DNA from: Lachnospiraceae bacterium
GTDB taxonomy: Bacteria; Bacillota; Clostridia; Lachnospirales; Lachnospiraceae
Reading direction: 5' to 3'
Assembly (NCBI GenBank): GCA_017446045.1
Contig: JAFSRP010000054.1
Coordinates: forward strand, 30,852-94,851
DNA length: 64,000 bases
The notes under the pieces were generated by a model. That model was not told the origin of the DNA, did no database searches, and saw only the letters and a list, made by a program, of their open reading frames with translations. Below are positions 10,131 through 20,236 of the stretch, piece by piece. The first letter of the stretch is position 1; every line of letters begins with the position of its first letter. Made by a program: the position numbers and the translations under genes.

Positions 10131-13100
10131 TCAGCTGCTGATCCGGGTCTCGAATTCCTCCATCGTCATCAGAATCTGACGTTCCTTCGTGCCTTCGCCG
10201 TCGCTGACCACTCCCATTTCATGAAGGTCATCCATGATCCTGGCTGCCCGGTTGAAGCCGATCTTGAACTTTCGCTGCAGGGCGCCGATGGACGCTTTGC
10301 CTGTCGTAATGATCAGCCGGCCTGCATTCTCAAAGTATTCATCCCGGTCTGACTTATGCGCTTCCTCTCCCTGGCCGGAAGCCTCTCCGCTGCCGTCCGC
10401 CGTCTGACGGGCAATGGCTGCTTCGACTTCGGTATCCGTATTCTGCTGGTTATGCTTGCGGAGGAATTCCACCACAGCTTCTACTTCGTTATCGCTCAGG
10501 AAGGCGCCCTGGATACGCTCCGGATTGTTCTTGTCGCCCGGCTTGTACAGCATATCGCCATTACCCAGCAATGTCTCCGCGCCGCCTGTATCCAGGATGG
10601 TACGGCTGTCCATCTGGCTGGGCAGACGGTATGCGATACGGCTCGGAATGTTCGATTTGATCAGTCCGGTAATCACATCTACGGAAGGTCTCTGTGTCGC
10701 CACGACCAGGTGGATCCCGGCTGCTCTTGCCAGCTGGGTCAGGCTGACGATGCTGCTTTCGATATCTTTCTTGGAATGCATCATCAGCTCTGCCAGTTCA
10801 TCGATCACGATCAGGATGAAGGGGAGCTTCTGCGGACGGTTTTCGGTGATCTCCTCTCCCGCAGCTTCCCTCCGGTCGAGCTCGGCATTGACCTCGATGA
10901 CCTTTTCATTGTATCCGCTGATATTTCTGGTTCCGGATGTCTGGAACAGCTTATAACGGTTGTTCATCTCGGACACTGCCCAGTTGAGCGCGCTGACCGC
11001 GCGTTCCGGCTTGGTCACGACATCCGTCAGCAGATGCGGAATGCCGTTGTAAACAGACAGCTCGACCACCTTGGGATCGATCAGGATCATGCGTACTTCC
11101 TCCGGAGTTGCCCGGTACAGGATAGACATGATCAGTGAATTGATGCCGACGGACTTGCCGGAACCGGTAGTGCCGGCGACCAGCAGATGCGGCATCTTGG
11201 CTATATTGCCCACGACAGGCCTGCCCTGGATATCCAGTCCGATACCCCAGCTGAGTTTCGATTTGGCACTCTTAAACTCTTCCGACTCCAGGATATCACG
11301 GAATTTGACCGTCTGGCTCTCTTCGTTCGGGACCTCGATGCCCACAGCGGATTTGCCGGGGATCGGCGCCTCGATCCGGATCTCACGCGCTGCCAGCGCC
11401 AGCTTGATGTCGCCCTCCAGAGAGGTGATCCTGCTGACCTTGACGCCGGTATCCGGTGTCATTTCATAACGGGAGACCCTGGGTCCCCTCGTAACTGCCG
11501 TTACGGTGACGCCCACACCGAAATCCTTCAGGACCTGCTCGAGCTTGCGGGCGTTCTGCATCACTTCGTCACGGCTGCTGCGGTTATTGCTGACGCTCCG
11601 TTCCAGAAGTGAATTGGGCGGGAAAACATAAGGCTTCGGCTTCGGCTTCGGTTTTTCCCGGACAGCCGCTTTTGCAGGCGTATTCTGAGGAGCAGCTTCG
11701 CCCCCTGCGGGTCCTGATGCCTTCTTTGTTTCCGCACGTCCTGCGTACCTGCCGCCGGCCCCTTCCTTGCGGCTTTCCGACGCTTTGGACCTGTCGCCCC
11801 GTTTCTCACGCATGATACGCTCCGCCTCATAACGGTCGGGCGCTTCCATCTGCCTTCCGGATCCGGTAAGCCAGGATTCTTCGGCCGGGGAGAGTTCATC
11901 GTCAGATCCGTCATCTGCGGATGATGCGCCGGTTTTCATGGTCTCGGGACTGTAATTTCCGGCATAGACCGTATCCGCAGGCTCGCGTCCCTCTGCGTAA
12001 GAGACTTCAAAGTCCCCTGCTTCCGCCGGTATCGCCCCATCCGCGATATCTGCACCGCTGCCGGGTATACCTTCTTTCATTTCCCGTATCCAGCTGTCGT
12101 GGATACCGGATGCAGCCAGCTCCTGTCCGATCTCATCCGATGCCTTTGCGAGGTCTTCTGCAGAAAAGCCTTCATTGACGTAATCATCCTCAGGCACGTC
12201 GCTGCTTACGACAGCAGAAGCTTCCACGGCTGTCACATCCGCAGCTGCGCTTTCTTCCGGTGCCGGGCGGAACGCATCAAGAAACTGCGGCTCGGAAACA
12301 GCGGCTTTAGCCCATGCCGCCGCAGCCGGAACACCACCGCGGCTGACCGCGTATCCCGCCATGCGCGCGTCCTCAAGACGAACCTGTCCCTTATTGAGCA
12401 TATTTGCATAGGACTTGTAAGTCTCATCCTCAGGCTCGTCAAACGGGACGTCGTCCGCATCCTCATTGATCTGTTTCACGCGCACTGCGGCCGCAGGCTT
12501 CCGCTCCTCCGGCCGGAACACATCACGGATCACCTGGGTATCATAATTCATGTCCGTACCCGCGGGACGTATATCGACCCGCGGCTTCATGAAGGGCTCA
12601 CGAATGTCTGCCAGGTCAGCTGTCCCGGGCTGTACATCCCCGATAATATCCCTGCCGTAGTTTGCATACATATCCGCATCAGCTGCAGCTGCCTGACCGT
12701 CCAGGGTCACCGCGCTTAAGTTACGGCTGTCGGGGATCGGCTCAAAGCTTTCTTCCAGCTTCCTGAGGCGTTCTGCTTCCCGCATGGCGTCCCGGCGGAT
12801 CATATTCTCCTTATGGCGCTGCACGGCCATCTCGCGTCCGCTGCGGGCTGCTTCCAGTGTACGGCCGGCACCGCTGCGAACGACACCAGCCGTCTTCTGC
12901 GCGCCGATCCTTGCCACATTGATAAAACTCTTTTCTGTGATCACCACCACACAGATCACCAGCAGCGCGATCAATACGAGATACGCTCCCGCATAGCCGA
13001 TCACACTTCTCAGGGCGTTGGCGATCAGACCGCCGATCATACCGCCGCCTTCGTGGCCGTCCGCACCCAGACGATAGAGCTCCACGGGAGACAGGGAGGC

Positions 13101-13550
13101 ATTCCCGCCGCCGGCCAGGGCATCACCGCCGAACATCAGATGCAGGATGGCACTGATCAGGACAAGGAGCACTCCCGTACAGACGAGTTTATGCGGCCGG
13201 AGGTAGCTGCCCTTCTCCAGATAGGCAATGAGGGCTGCCCCCGCCACGGCAAAGGGCAACAGGAAGGAGGCCTGTCCGAACAGGCCCTTTTCGAAGGCGA
13301 GTATACTCTCTCCCAGGCTGCCCAGCAGACCCAGGTTTACCAGCAAAAGGACCAGTCCGAAGGCCACCGCGACCACCGCGGCGGTCTCACTGCGTACAAA
13401 GCTCCGTTTCCTGGCCGCCACACGTTTGGTGTCCTTGCGCCTTACGGATGTACCGGTCTTCCGGCTGGCGTTCCGCCCGGCGGAAGAGGCAGTACCGCGT
13501 TTCATACCGTTTGTTGAAGATGGTTTCTTTTTCTTAGCTGTAGTAGCCAA
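10131..13550 (-). CDS. ftsK: DNA translocase FtsK/SpoIIIE (N-terminal membrane domain, long acidic linker, motor and gamma domains)
   Basis: Walker A GTTGSGKS, Walker B LIVIDELAE, and a C-terminal winged-helix gamma domain (SIGALQRKFKIGFNRAARIMDDLHEMGVV). There are 4-5 hydrophobic helices near the N-terminus. Confidence 0.92.
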   Translation of the reverse strand: MATTAKKKKPSSTNGMKRGTASSAGRNASRKTGTSVRRKDTKRVAARKRSFVRSETAAVVAVAFGLVLLLVNLGLLGSLGESILAFEKGLFGQASFLLPFAVAGAALIAYLEKGSYLRPHKLVCTGVLLVLISAILHLMFGGDALAGGGNASLSPVELYRLGADGHEGGGMIGGLIANALRSVIGYAGAYLVLIALLVICVVVITEKSFINVARIGAQKTAGVVRSGAGRTLEAARSGREMAVQRHKENMIRRDAMREAERLRKLEESFEPIPDSRNLSAVTLDGQAAAADADMYANYGRDIIGDVQPGTADLADIREPFMKPRVDIRPAGTDMNYDTQVIRDVFRPEERKPAAAVRVKQINEDADDVPFDEPEDETYKSYANMLNKGQVRLEDARMAGYAVSRGGVPAAAAWAKAAVSEPQFLDAFRPAPEESAAADVTAVEASAVVSSDVPEDDYVNEGFSAEDLAKASDEIGQELAASGIHDSWIREMKEGIPGSGADIADGAIPAEAGDFEVSYAEGREPADTVYAGNYSPETMKTGASSADDGSDDELSPAEESWLTGSGRQMEAPDRYEAERIMREKRGDRSKASESRKEGAGGRYAGRAETKKASGPAGGEAAPQNTPAKAAVREKPKPKPKPYVFPPNSLLERSVSNNRSSRDEVMQNARKLEQVLKDFGVGVTVTAVTRGPRVSRYEMTPDTGVKVSRITSLEGDIKLALAAREIRIEAPIPGKSAVGIEVPNEESQTVKFRDILESEEFKSAKSKLSWGIGLDIQGRPVVGNIAKMPHLLVAGTTGSGKSVGINSLIMSILYRATPEEVRMILIDPKVVELSVYNGIPHLLTDVVTKPERAVSALNWAVSEMNNRYKLFQTSGTRNISGYNEKVIEVNAELDRREAAGEEITENRPQKLPFILIVIDELAELMMHSKKDIESSIVSLTQLARAAGIHLVVATQRPSVDVITGLIKSNIPSRIAYRLPSQMDSRTILDTGGAETLLGNGDMLYKPGDKNNPERIQGAFLSDNEVEAVVEFLRKHNQQNTDTEVEAAIARQTADGSGEASGQGEEAHKSDRDEYFENAGRLIITTGKASIGALQRKFKIGFNRAARIMDDLHEMGVVSDGEGTKERQILMTMEEFETRISS

Positions 13551-13567
13551 AGCTCCTCCTATAAAGC

Positions 13568-15199
13568 TTATGCTCCGATGACGTTTCTGATCGCTACCGG
13601 TGTACGGTAGTTCCAGCGGTAGATCTTGATGCCGGCCCTGCGGGACGCCGCGTTCACTACCTGGCCGTTGCCGATGTATATGCCCACATGGTTGATGGTC
13701 CCGCTCTTGTTGGCGTAGAATACCAGGTCACCGGGTTTCATCTGGTCCGAGGTCACCCTGGTGCCGCTGCCCGCCTGGTCGCGGCTGACACGCGGCAGGT
13801 AGATGCCGAAGTGTGCCATGACGCTCTGCGTGAATCCGGAACAGTCACAGCCCTTCGTCAGTGAAGTACCGCCCCAGACATAAGGATTACCGATGAACTG
13901 GCAGGCATAGTTGACGATGGAGTTGCGGTAAGCCGCGGCAGCATTGGCCGCCTCAACTGCCGGATAATACTCCGTTGCCTCGGGAAGGCCGTAACGTACT
14001 TCGACATTGTTGTCCCTGGTCGATATGTAGGCTTTGTCATTCTCGTTGCCGTCGTCTGTGGAGTCGAGCTCGATCTCGACCCATCCGTCAAACTGGCTCA
14101 GGACTTCATACGCCTGGTTCTTTGTAATGGAGGTCCAGACGTTTTCCTTCTCGGTCGTCGGTTCGGATCTTACGTTCAGCGCATCCACGCGCACGAACGC
14201 TGTGAGTACCGCATACTCCAGTGCCGAATCTCTCGCGGCCTGCCCTGTTTTGCAGTATTCCGCGCTGACCCAGCCGGTGACAGGCCCCGATTTGATCTTG
14301 TACCAGGTGCCGCCGGCGTTTTCCGTCGTGTCCAGAAGTTCCGCGCCACAGCCCCTGAGGAACTTGCCGCAGATGTTGTTGATGCCGTCGTCCTTCGGCT
14401 CTTCGCGGACATTGATATAGCTTTCCGGGTTGGCGAGGACGAGGTTGTCGTACTGTGTCAGGGCCATCTCTCTCAGGTCCAGCTTGCGGGCTTCATCGAG
14501 TCCGTCGACGACATGCCCGTTGGCACTTCCGTCATCCGCCGTAATCTTGACCCATGCCTCCTTGAGTGAATCGCTGAAATCCGCATCGATGCAGGCCCAG
14601 TCACCCTCTTCGCGGACAAGGAGATACCGTTCCCCATGCCGTGCTTTGCCTACGACATTGACCGGATCGATCTCCGGCGCTGAACGGATGTTCATGACTT
14701 CGGCGTCGATGATGACACGGTCGCTCAGATTGTCGGCTGCCTTCTCCAGCGCTTCGTCACCGGTCAGGATGTAGCGTTTTGCCGCCCATCCCTCGATGCC
14801 CCCGGAGCGGATCTTCACCCAGTCTCCCTCTTCCTCAAGGATATCGCAGGCGGCACCATCGCTCAGCTTTCCGATGATGTTCTTCATGTCGATACTGTCA
14901 GGCTCGCGCCGGACATTGATATAACCGCTCACATCGACTACGCCGAGGTTCCCGTAGGAAGCTGTGGCATCCGCAAGCCGCTCCTGCAGCCGCATCTCCG
15001 CAAATTCCTCTGCCGACATCGTCTCTATCACGGCAATGGTCTCTTCTTCCGTTTCCGCATCCGGATCGGTACTCCAGGTCCCATGCCCGCTGCGGACGCC
15101 GTGAATGATCATGCCGGCGCATACAGCGACTAAAGCTGCTGCCAGTATCAGTCTGTTCTTAGAAAATCTGTTTTCCCAAAGATGTCTTCCCCGTCTCAC
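13568..15199 (-). CDS. secreted/membrane-anchored cell-wall hydrolase: repeated SH3b-like domains plus a C-terminal NlpC/P60 peptidase
   Basis: The C-terminus reads GNPYVWGGTSLTKGCDCSGF...INHVGIYIG (NlpC/P60 Cys/His). There are several 'GWV/GWA...Y' SH3b-like repeats and an N-terminal hydrophobic anchor. Confidence 0.85.
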   Translation of the reverse strand: MRRGRHLWENRFSKNRLILAAALVAVCAGMIIHGVRSGHGTWSTDPDAETEEETIAVIETMSAEEFAEMRLQERLADATASYGNLGVVDVSGYINVRREPDSIDMKNIIGKLSDGAACDILEEEGDWVKIRSGGIEGWAAKRYILTGDEALEKAADNLSDRVIIDAEVMNIRSAPEIDPVNVVGKARHGERYLLVREEGDWACIDADFSDSLKEAWVKITADDGSANGHVVDGLDEARKLDLREMALTQYDNLVLANPESYINVREEPKDDGINNICGKFLRGCGAELLDTTENAGGTWYKIKSGPVTGWVSAEYCKTGQAARDSALEYAVLTAFVRVDALNVRSEPTTEKENVWTSITKNQAYEVLSQFDGWVEIELDSTDDGNENDKAYISTRDNNVEVRYGLPEATEYYPAVEAANAAAAYRNSIVNYACQFIGNPYVWGGTSLTKGCDCSGFTQSVMAHFGIYLPRVSRDQAGSGTRVTSDQMKPGDLVFYANKSGTINHVGIYIGNGQVVNAASRRAGIKIYRWNYRTPVAIRNVIGA

Positions 15200-15201
15200 G
15201 C

Positions 15202-17829
15202 TTAGGCTCCTCCCGGTCCAACCTGCGGTCCGATCTGTACTCCCGGCGGCAGATAGATCGCCGGGCCTTCAGACGGAGCGTCAGTAATCTCTCCCGTATC
15301 ACCCTCATCCGGCTGTGTCTCCTCCGGAACCACCACGGGCGGCGGGGTCCATGTATCGTCAGTATACTTGCCGGCATCCGCAGGAGGCACGATGATGGTA
15401 CCGCCGGAGGTATGGTGATCACAGGTCTCGGTCGGCAGGTTGTTGACGTCAAAGTACTCCTTGTATACCGCCGAGCTTCCGCTGCGGACGTCACTGCGGC
15501 ATCCGGAATGAGGGATCTTGCCGCTCTTGCGGCATACATCCATCTCCACGATATCATCCGGCTTATCAAACCCGATGTCCTCCAGCCCTTCATGGACCCT
15601 GGTCATGATCTTGCGCCAGATATCCTTGTGGAAGGAGGTGCCGCCGTTGTACTGGCCTGTGGAATTATCGCTCAGGGACTGGTTGTCATCACAGCCTGCC
15701 CAGACGCCCGCGGTATAGTACGGGGTGAATCCCACGAACCAGACGTCATTGTTCCTGGTGGTCGTGCCGGACTTGCCCGCGCAGACCATATCATCAAGAT
15801 GTGAACGGCTCGAGGTATTGTTGACTGTAAAGCTGCGGGCCCACTTGGAATGGCTCTCGGTCGACCGGCGCATGGCATCTGTCAGCAGGAAGGCTGTAGT
15901 GTCCTTCATGACCCGGGTCTTGGGATCCTCGGTCAGGTCGATCAGGATATTGCCATGGTGGTCATAGACCTTCGTAAAGAACTTGTAGTCCCCATACAGA
16001 CCGTAATCCGCGATCGCGGCAAAAGCATTGGTCAGCTCCACGTTGGTCACGCCCTTGGTAATGCCGCCAAGCGCAGTCGCCGGATTGTTGTCCTCCTCGG
16101 TCAGTGAAGTGATGCCCATCTTGCGCGCGAAATCCACACCGGCCTGCGGCGTCACGGTCTCGTTCATACACCGTACGGCAACGATGTTCATGGAAAACTC
16201 AATGCCGTCGCGGATCGTGGAGTAACCGAAATACTCTCCGTCGCGCCACCAGTTTTTGAAGCGTTTGGTCCCGAGCTCGTACTCCGCGTCATAATATGTC
16301 GTAGCCAGTGTCGCCCCGTTCTCCTCGATCGCCGGAGCAAAGCTCGTGACGACCTTGAACGCGGAGCCCGGCTGGCGGAATGCCCCGCTCGCACGGTTTA
16401 AGGTCAGAGAATACTTCTTTTCACCGCGCCCGCCGCTGATCGCCTTGATCTCCTTGGTCTTCTGGTCCATCAGTACGAAAGAGACCTGAGGCTGCAGCGT
16501 AAGATCCAGATTTTCGGCAATGATCTCATCTCCTGCTTCCTCATCGATCACATGCGCTTTATACTCGTCAAGGAGCTCCGTGACCGCTTCTTCGCTCCGG
16601 AACAGTCCGTCATAGCCGGCGCGGCCTTTGATGTCCCTGGCATATTTTTCTATATCATACTCGCTGTAATGCTTCAGCCCCTCTGCCTTGTGCTGGACCG
16701 AGCAGCGCCACTTGAAACTGTATTTAGCGGTATCGTAATTATCCGGATCGTTGACTTCCTCGTCCACGATCTCCTGCAGCCGGGGATCCTGGGTCGTCAT
16801 GATGCGAAGGCCTCCGGAATAAAGCAGATTCTTGGCTTCCGCCTCTGTCAGTCCCAGACGGTCCCGGAACGTCCGGATGCACTGTTCGATAAGGGCATCC
16901 GTAAAATAGCTGTATACCGAGTCATCCGCTTTTACGATCTCGTTGTTGGACCGGATACGGTCATAGACCTTTTTGCTTTCCGCTTCTTTTTTCTGTTCCG
17001 CGGTGATGTACCCCTGCTCTTCCATGTTTTTCAACACCTGCAGCCGGCGTTCCTGATTGTCGTCCGGATGGGTCAGGGGATTCAGACGGGAAGGATTCTT
17101 GGTGATGGACGCCAGTACCGTGCACTCCGAGAGGTCAAGGTCTTTCACATCCTTACCGAAATATCTCGCCGCTGCCACCTTGACGCCCAGGGTATTGTTG
17201 CCCAGGTTGATGGTGTTGAGGTAATCCGTCAGGATCTGCTTCTTGATCTCCTCTTTTTCGACACCGGGCTGGTTCTCCAAGCTCAGCGCGATATACCATT
17301 CCTGGAACTTGCGCTCGTAAAGCTTGAAGCCCTTTTCGTTGCCGCCTGAAAAAATGTTGTTCTTGATCAGCTGCTGGGTCAGCGTGGAACCGCCGCCGGC
17401 CGAAGAGTTGCCGGTCAGGACACCGCGCACCGCTCTCGTGATCGAACGCAGGTCGATCCCGTTATGCTGCCAGAAACGCTGGTCCTCGATCGCAACGAAG
17501 GCGTTGATCAGATCCTCCGGAAGCTCTTCAAAGACCACTTCCTCCCGGTTGGAACCTTCCTGCACCAGGGTCGCGATCAGATTGCCTTCGGTGTCATAAG
17601 TCGTCGTGGCATAGCCCTGGGGCGAAAACGTCAGCGTCTCTATATCCGGCGCATTGTCGATGATACCGAGGAGCATGCCGATTCCCATGGCGCCGACGCT
17701 CAAAACGGACAGAAGGCACGCAAACACGATCAGCAGCTTCACAAAATGGATGCGCTGATTCTCTGCCTTGATATCCCCGTATATGATCTCTTCCAGGCGG
17801 TCATTGACCGCGTCTTTGGTAAATTTCAT
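15202..17829 (-). CDS. class A penicillin-binding protein (PBP1A-type transglycosylase/transpeptidase)
   Basis: GT51 motifs EDQRFWQHNGID and GGSTLTQQ. Transpeptidase motifs SAFK, SMN and KSGT. I chose the ATG at 17829 (MKFTKD...); the ORF-track start at 17910 is a GTG with no RBS. Confidence 0.88.
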   Translation of the reverse strand: MKFTKDAVNDRLEEIIYGDIKAENQRIHFVKLLIVFACLLSVLSVGAMGIGMLLGIIDNAPDIETLTFSPQGYATTTYDTEGNLIATLVQEGSNREEVVFEELPEDLINAFVAIEDQRFWQHNGIDLRSITRAVRGVLTGNSSAGGGSTLTQQLIKNNIFSGGNEKGFKLYERKFQEWYIALSLENQPGVEKEEIKKQILTDYLNTINLGNNTLGVKVAAARYFGKDVKDLDLSECTVLASITKNPSRLNPLTHPDDNQERRLQVLKNMEEQGYITAEQKKEAESKKVYDRIRSNNEIVKADDSVYSYFTDALIEQCIRTFRDRLGLTEAEAKNLLYSGGLRIMTTQDPRLQEIVDEEVNDPDNYDTAKYSFKWRCSVQHKAEGLKHYSEYDIEKYARDIKGRAGYDGLFRSEEAVTELLDEYKAHVIDEEAGDEIIAENLDLTLQPQVSFVLMDQKTKEIKAISGGRGEKKYSLTLNRASGAFRQPGSAFKVVTSFAPAIEENGATLATTYYDAEYELGTKRFKNWWRDGEYFGYSTIRDGIEFSMNIVAVRCMNETVTPQAGVDFARKMGITSLTEEDNNPATALGGITKGVTNVELTNAFAAIADYGLYGDYKFFTKVYDHHGNILIDLTEDPKTRVMKDTTAFLLTDAMRRSTESHSKWARSFTVNNTSSRSHLDDMVCAGKSGTTTRNNDVWFVGFTPYYTAGVWAGCDDNQSLSDNSTGQYNGGTSFHKDIWRKIMTRVHEGLEDIGFDKPDDIVEMDVCRKSGKIPHSGCRSDVRSGSSAVYKEYFDVNNLPTETCDHHTSGGTIIVPPADAGKYTDDTWTPPPVVVPEETQPDEGDTGEITDAPSEGPAIYLPPGVQIGPQVGPGGA

Positions 17830-18033
17830 TGATCCGATACATTCCCATATATTGTATGGCTGCGTCGTGCATTGTCGTCCGGACACAGCTTTACTTTTAT
17901 ATCTTACCACAAGATATTGGGGGAAACAATTTATGAATCAGGGTCGTTTCTTACGAATCTTTGTATACGTGCAGTCTTTTCTTTCGTGGACGCGGCGGCG
18001 GTTCTGTGCTACAATAGACCAGCTGAAACTTTC

Positions 18034-20022
18034 ATGAGGAGCATGGCATATTTCGTGTCTGTATTATCCGTAAACAATCTCAATAAGAGTTACGACGGCA
18101 AGGACATCCTCCGGGATGTTTCTTTCCACATAGAGCCGCATGACAAGCTGGCCGTGACCGGGATCAACGGCGCCGGCAAGACCACGCTGCTCCGCCAGAT
18201 CATCGGCGAAGAGCGCCCTGACAGCGGTACTGTCGTGATACCGAAGGAAGCCCGTATCGGGTATCTCTCCCAGATCCCGGATATCGAATCCGGACGGACC
18301 GTCTATGAAGAGGTCCTGAGCGTGAAGCAGGATCTCCTGGATATCGAGCGGCAGCTGCGGGTGCTGGAACACAGTATGAAAGATGATGCAGCCGCCGGCG
18401 GAGGGCCTGTATATGAACAGTACGCCGCGCTCTCCCACCGATTCGAGTCCGAAGGAGGATACGCGGTACGCTCCAATGTGAACGGCATCCTCAAGGGACT
18501 GGGATTTTCCGAAGAAGAGTACGGCAAGAAGGTATCGGTCCTTTCCGGCGGTCAGAAGACCCGGCTTTCCCTGGGCCGTCTCCTCATGGATGCTCCGGAT
18601 ATCCTGATGCTCGACGAGCCCACCAACCACCTGGACATCGCCTCGGTCAGCTGGCTTGAGAATTATCTGCGCGGCTGGAAGGGCGCGGTGATCATCGTTT
18701 CCCATGACCGGTACTTTCTTGACCGGATCGTGAACAAGGTACTGGATATCGATAACGGCCGGGCACGGCTCTACACCGGCAACTACACAGCATTCGCCGA
18801 GAAGAAGGCTGCGCTCCGGAAGGACGCCATGCGCGCATGGCTCAACAACCAGGCAGAGATCCGGCATCAGCAGGAAGTGATCGAAAAGCTGCGGCGCTTC
18901 AACCGTGAAAAGTCCATCAAGCGGGCAGAGTCCCGGGAGAAGATGCTGAACAGGATCGAACGCGTGGAAAAGCCGTTCGACGTCGATGATGCCATGCGTC
19001 TGCATTTCACACCCTCCAAGCTGTCGGGAAAAGACGTGCTCTATGCAGACGGCCTGTGCAAGGCCTACGACGGCCGGGAGCTGTTTGCCGGCGTTGACCT
19101 AGATGTAAAGCGCGGGGAAAAGCTGGCAGTGATCGGTCCCAACGGCACCGGCAAGACGACACTGCTCAGGATCATCAGCGGCAACGAGACTGCCGACAGC
19201 GGTGAGCTTGAATTCGGATCCCGCGTCGAGACCGCTTATTACGATCAGGAGCATCATGTCCTGGATCCTGACAACACGGTCTTTGACGAGATCTCCGATG
19301 CCTATCCATACATGAATAATACGGAGATCCGCAACCTGCTGGCCTCCTTCCTTTTTACCGGAGACGACGTTTTCAAGATGATCCGTGATCTTTCCGGCGG
19401 TGAGAAGGGGCGGCTGTCACTGGCAAAGCTGATGCTTTCCAAGGCCAATCTCCTGCTTCTTGATGAGCCGACCAACCACCTGGACATCACCTCCAGGGAG
19501 ATCCTGGAAGAAGCCGTGCGCAACTATGAGGGCACGGTGATCTACGTCTCGCACGACCGGTATTTCATCAACCGGACAGCCACCCGGATCCTGGAACTTG
19601 ACCACCGTCATTTCGTCAACTACCAGGGCAATTATGACTATTATCTTGAGAAGAAGGCAGACCCTGCCTTTGACGCCTCCAAAGCTGTCAGCGGAGCTCT
19701 CCCGGCAGGCACGGATGTTCCTTCTCCCGCTGCCGGGAACGCAGCGTCAGCCGCTTCTTCTCTTCTTTCCTACCAGGAACAGAAAGAGCGCAAGCAGCAG
19801 CTGCAGAAGCTTCGCACTGCTCTTTCCAACTGCGAAAAGGAGATCGGAGAGGGCGAACAGGCTTCGGAAGAGATCGACAGACAGATGGCGCTTCCCCAAA
19901 ATGCCGTCAATTCCGCGAAGCTGAACGAGCTGGTACAGAAAAAGAACGGCATCACTGCCGTTCTTGAGGAGCTTTATCAAAAATGGGAGGAGTTATCCGA
20001 AGCCATCGAAAACTTTAACTGA
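18034..20022 (+). CDS. ABC-F family ATPase (two ABC cassettes, no membrane domain, C-terminal coiled coil; translation-factor type)
   Basis: Two Walker A motifs (GINGAGKTT, GPNGTGKTT), two LSGGQ/LSGGE signatures, and two LLLDEPTNHLD Walker B motifs. The start is ambiguous among ATG 18034, ATG 18043 and GTG 18055. The ORF-track start at 17872 lies in the promoter region. Confidence 0.88.
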   Translation: MRSMAYFVSVLSVNNLNKSYDGKDILRDVSFHIEPHDKLAVTGINGAGKTTLLRQIIGEERPDSGTVVIPKEARIGYLSQIPDIESGRTVYEEVLSVKQDLLDIERQLRVLEHSMKDDAAAGGGPVYEQYAALSHRFESEGGYAVRSNVNGILKGLGFSEEEYGKKVSVLSGGQKTRLSLGRLLMDAPDILMLDEPTNHLDIASVSWLENYLRGWKGAVIIVSHDRYFLDRIVNKVLDIDNGRARLYTGNYTAFAEKKAALRKDAMRAWLNNQAEIRHQQEVIEKLRRFNREKSIKRAESREKMLNRIERVEKPFDVDDAMRLHFTPSKLSGKDVLYADGLCKAYDGRELFAGVDLDVKRGEKLAVIGPNGTGKTTLLRIISGNETADSGELEFGSRVETAYYDQEHHVLDPDNTVFDEISDAYPYMNNTEIRNLLASFLFTGDDVFKMIRDLSGGEKGRLSLAKLMLSKANLLLLDEPTNHLDITSREILEEAVRNYEGTVIYVSHDRYFINRTATRILELDHRHFVNYQGNYDYYLEKKADPAFDASKAVSGALPAGTDVPSPAAGNAASAASSLLSYQEQKERKQQLQKLRTALSNCEKEIGEGEQASEEIDRQMALPQNAVNSAKLNELVQKKNGITAVLEELYQKWEELSEAIENFN

Positions 20023-20031
20023 GGTATCCCT

Positions 20032-20232
20032 ATGCGTATCCTTGAACATCCCAAACTTCGCCGCGTCCTGGCCATCCTGGGACTGATCCTGATCCTCGGC
20101 CTTCTGGCAGGATTTCTTATCGTGCTCCTGACCGGAGGCAGCCCGCTGCTTGCGGTCGGCCTCTTCGGATGCTTCACGATGATGTCCATCGCGATGTATA
20201 TCTTTCTTGGCTACGTGCGCCGGAATTCCTGA
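20032..20232 (+). CDS. small hypothetical membrane protein (66 aa, two predicted TM helices)
   Basis: It starts 9 nt after the ABC-F stop, with a GAGG upstream. The sequence is very hydrophobic (LAILGLILILGLLAGFLIVLL ... LLAVGLFGCFTMMSIAMYIFL). I recognised no homology. Confidence 0.45.
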   Translation: MRILEHPKLRRVLAILGLILILGLLAGFLIVLLTGGSPLLAVGLFGCFTMMSIAMYIFLGYVRRNS

Positions 20233-20236
20233 GTTA

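Noticed and set aside
18034-20022. Possibility that the ABC-F protein is an antibiotic-resistance (ARE) ABC-F with an attenuator leader.
   Set aside because: The inter-domain linker is of ordinary length. There is no upstream leader peptide or attenuator, and the 5'-UTR after the TGcTACAAT -10 is only about 25 nt. The long C-terminal coiled coil resembles housekeeping Uup/YdiF-type proteins.
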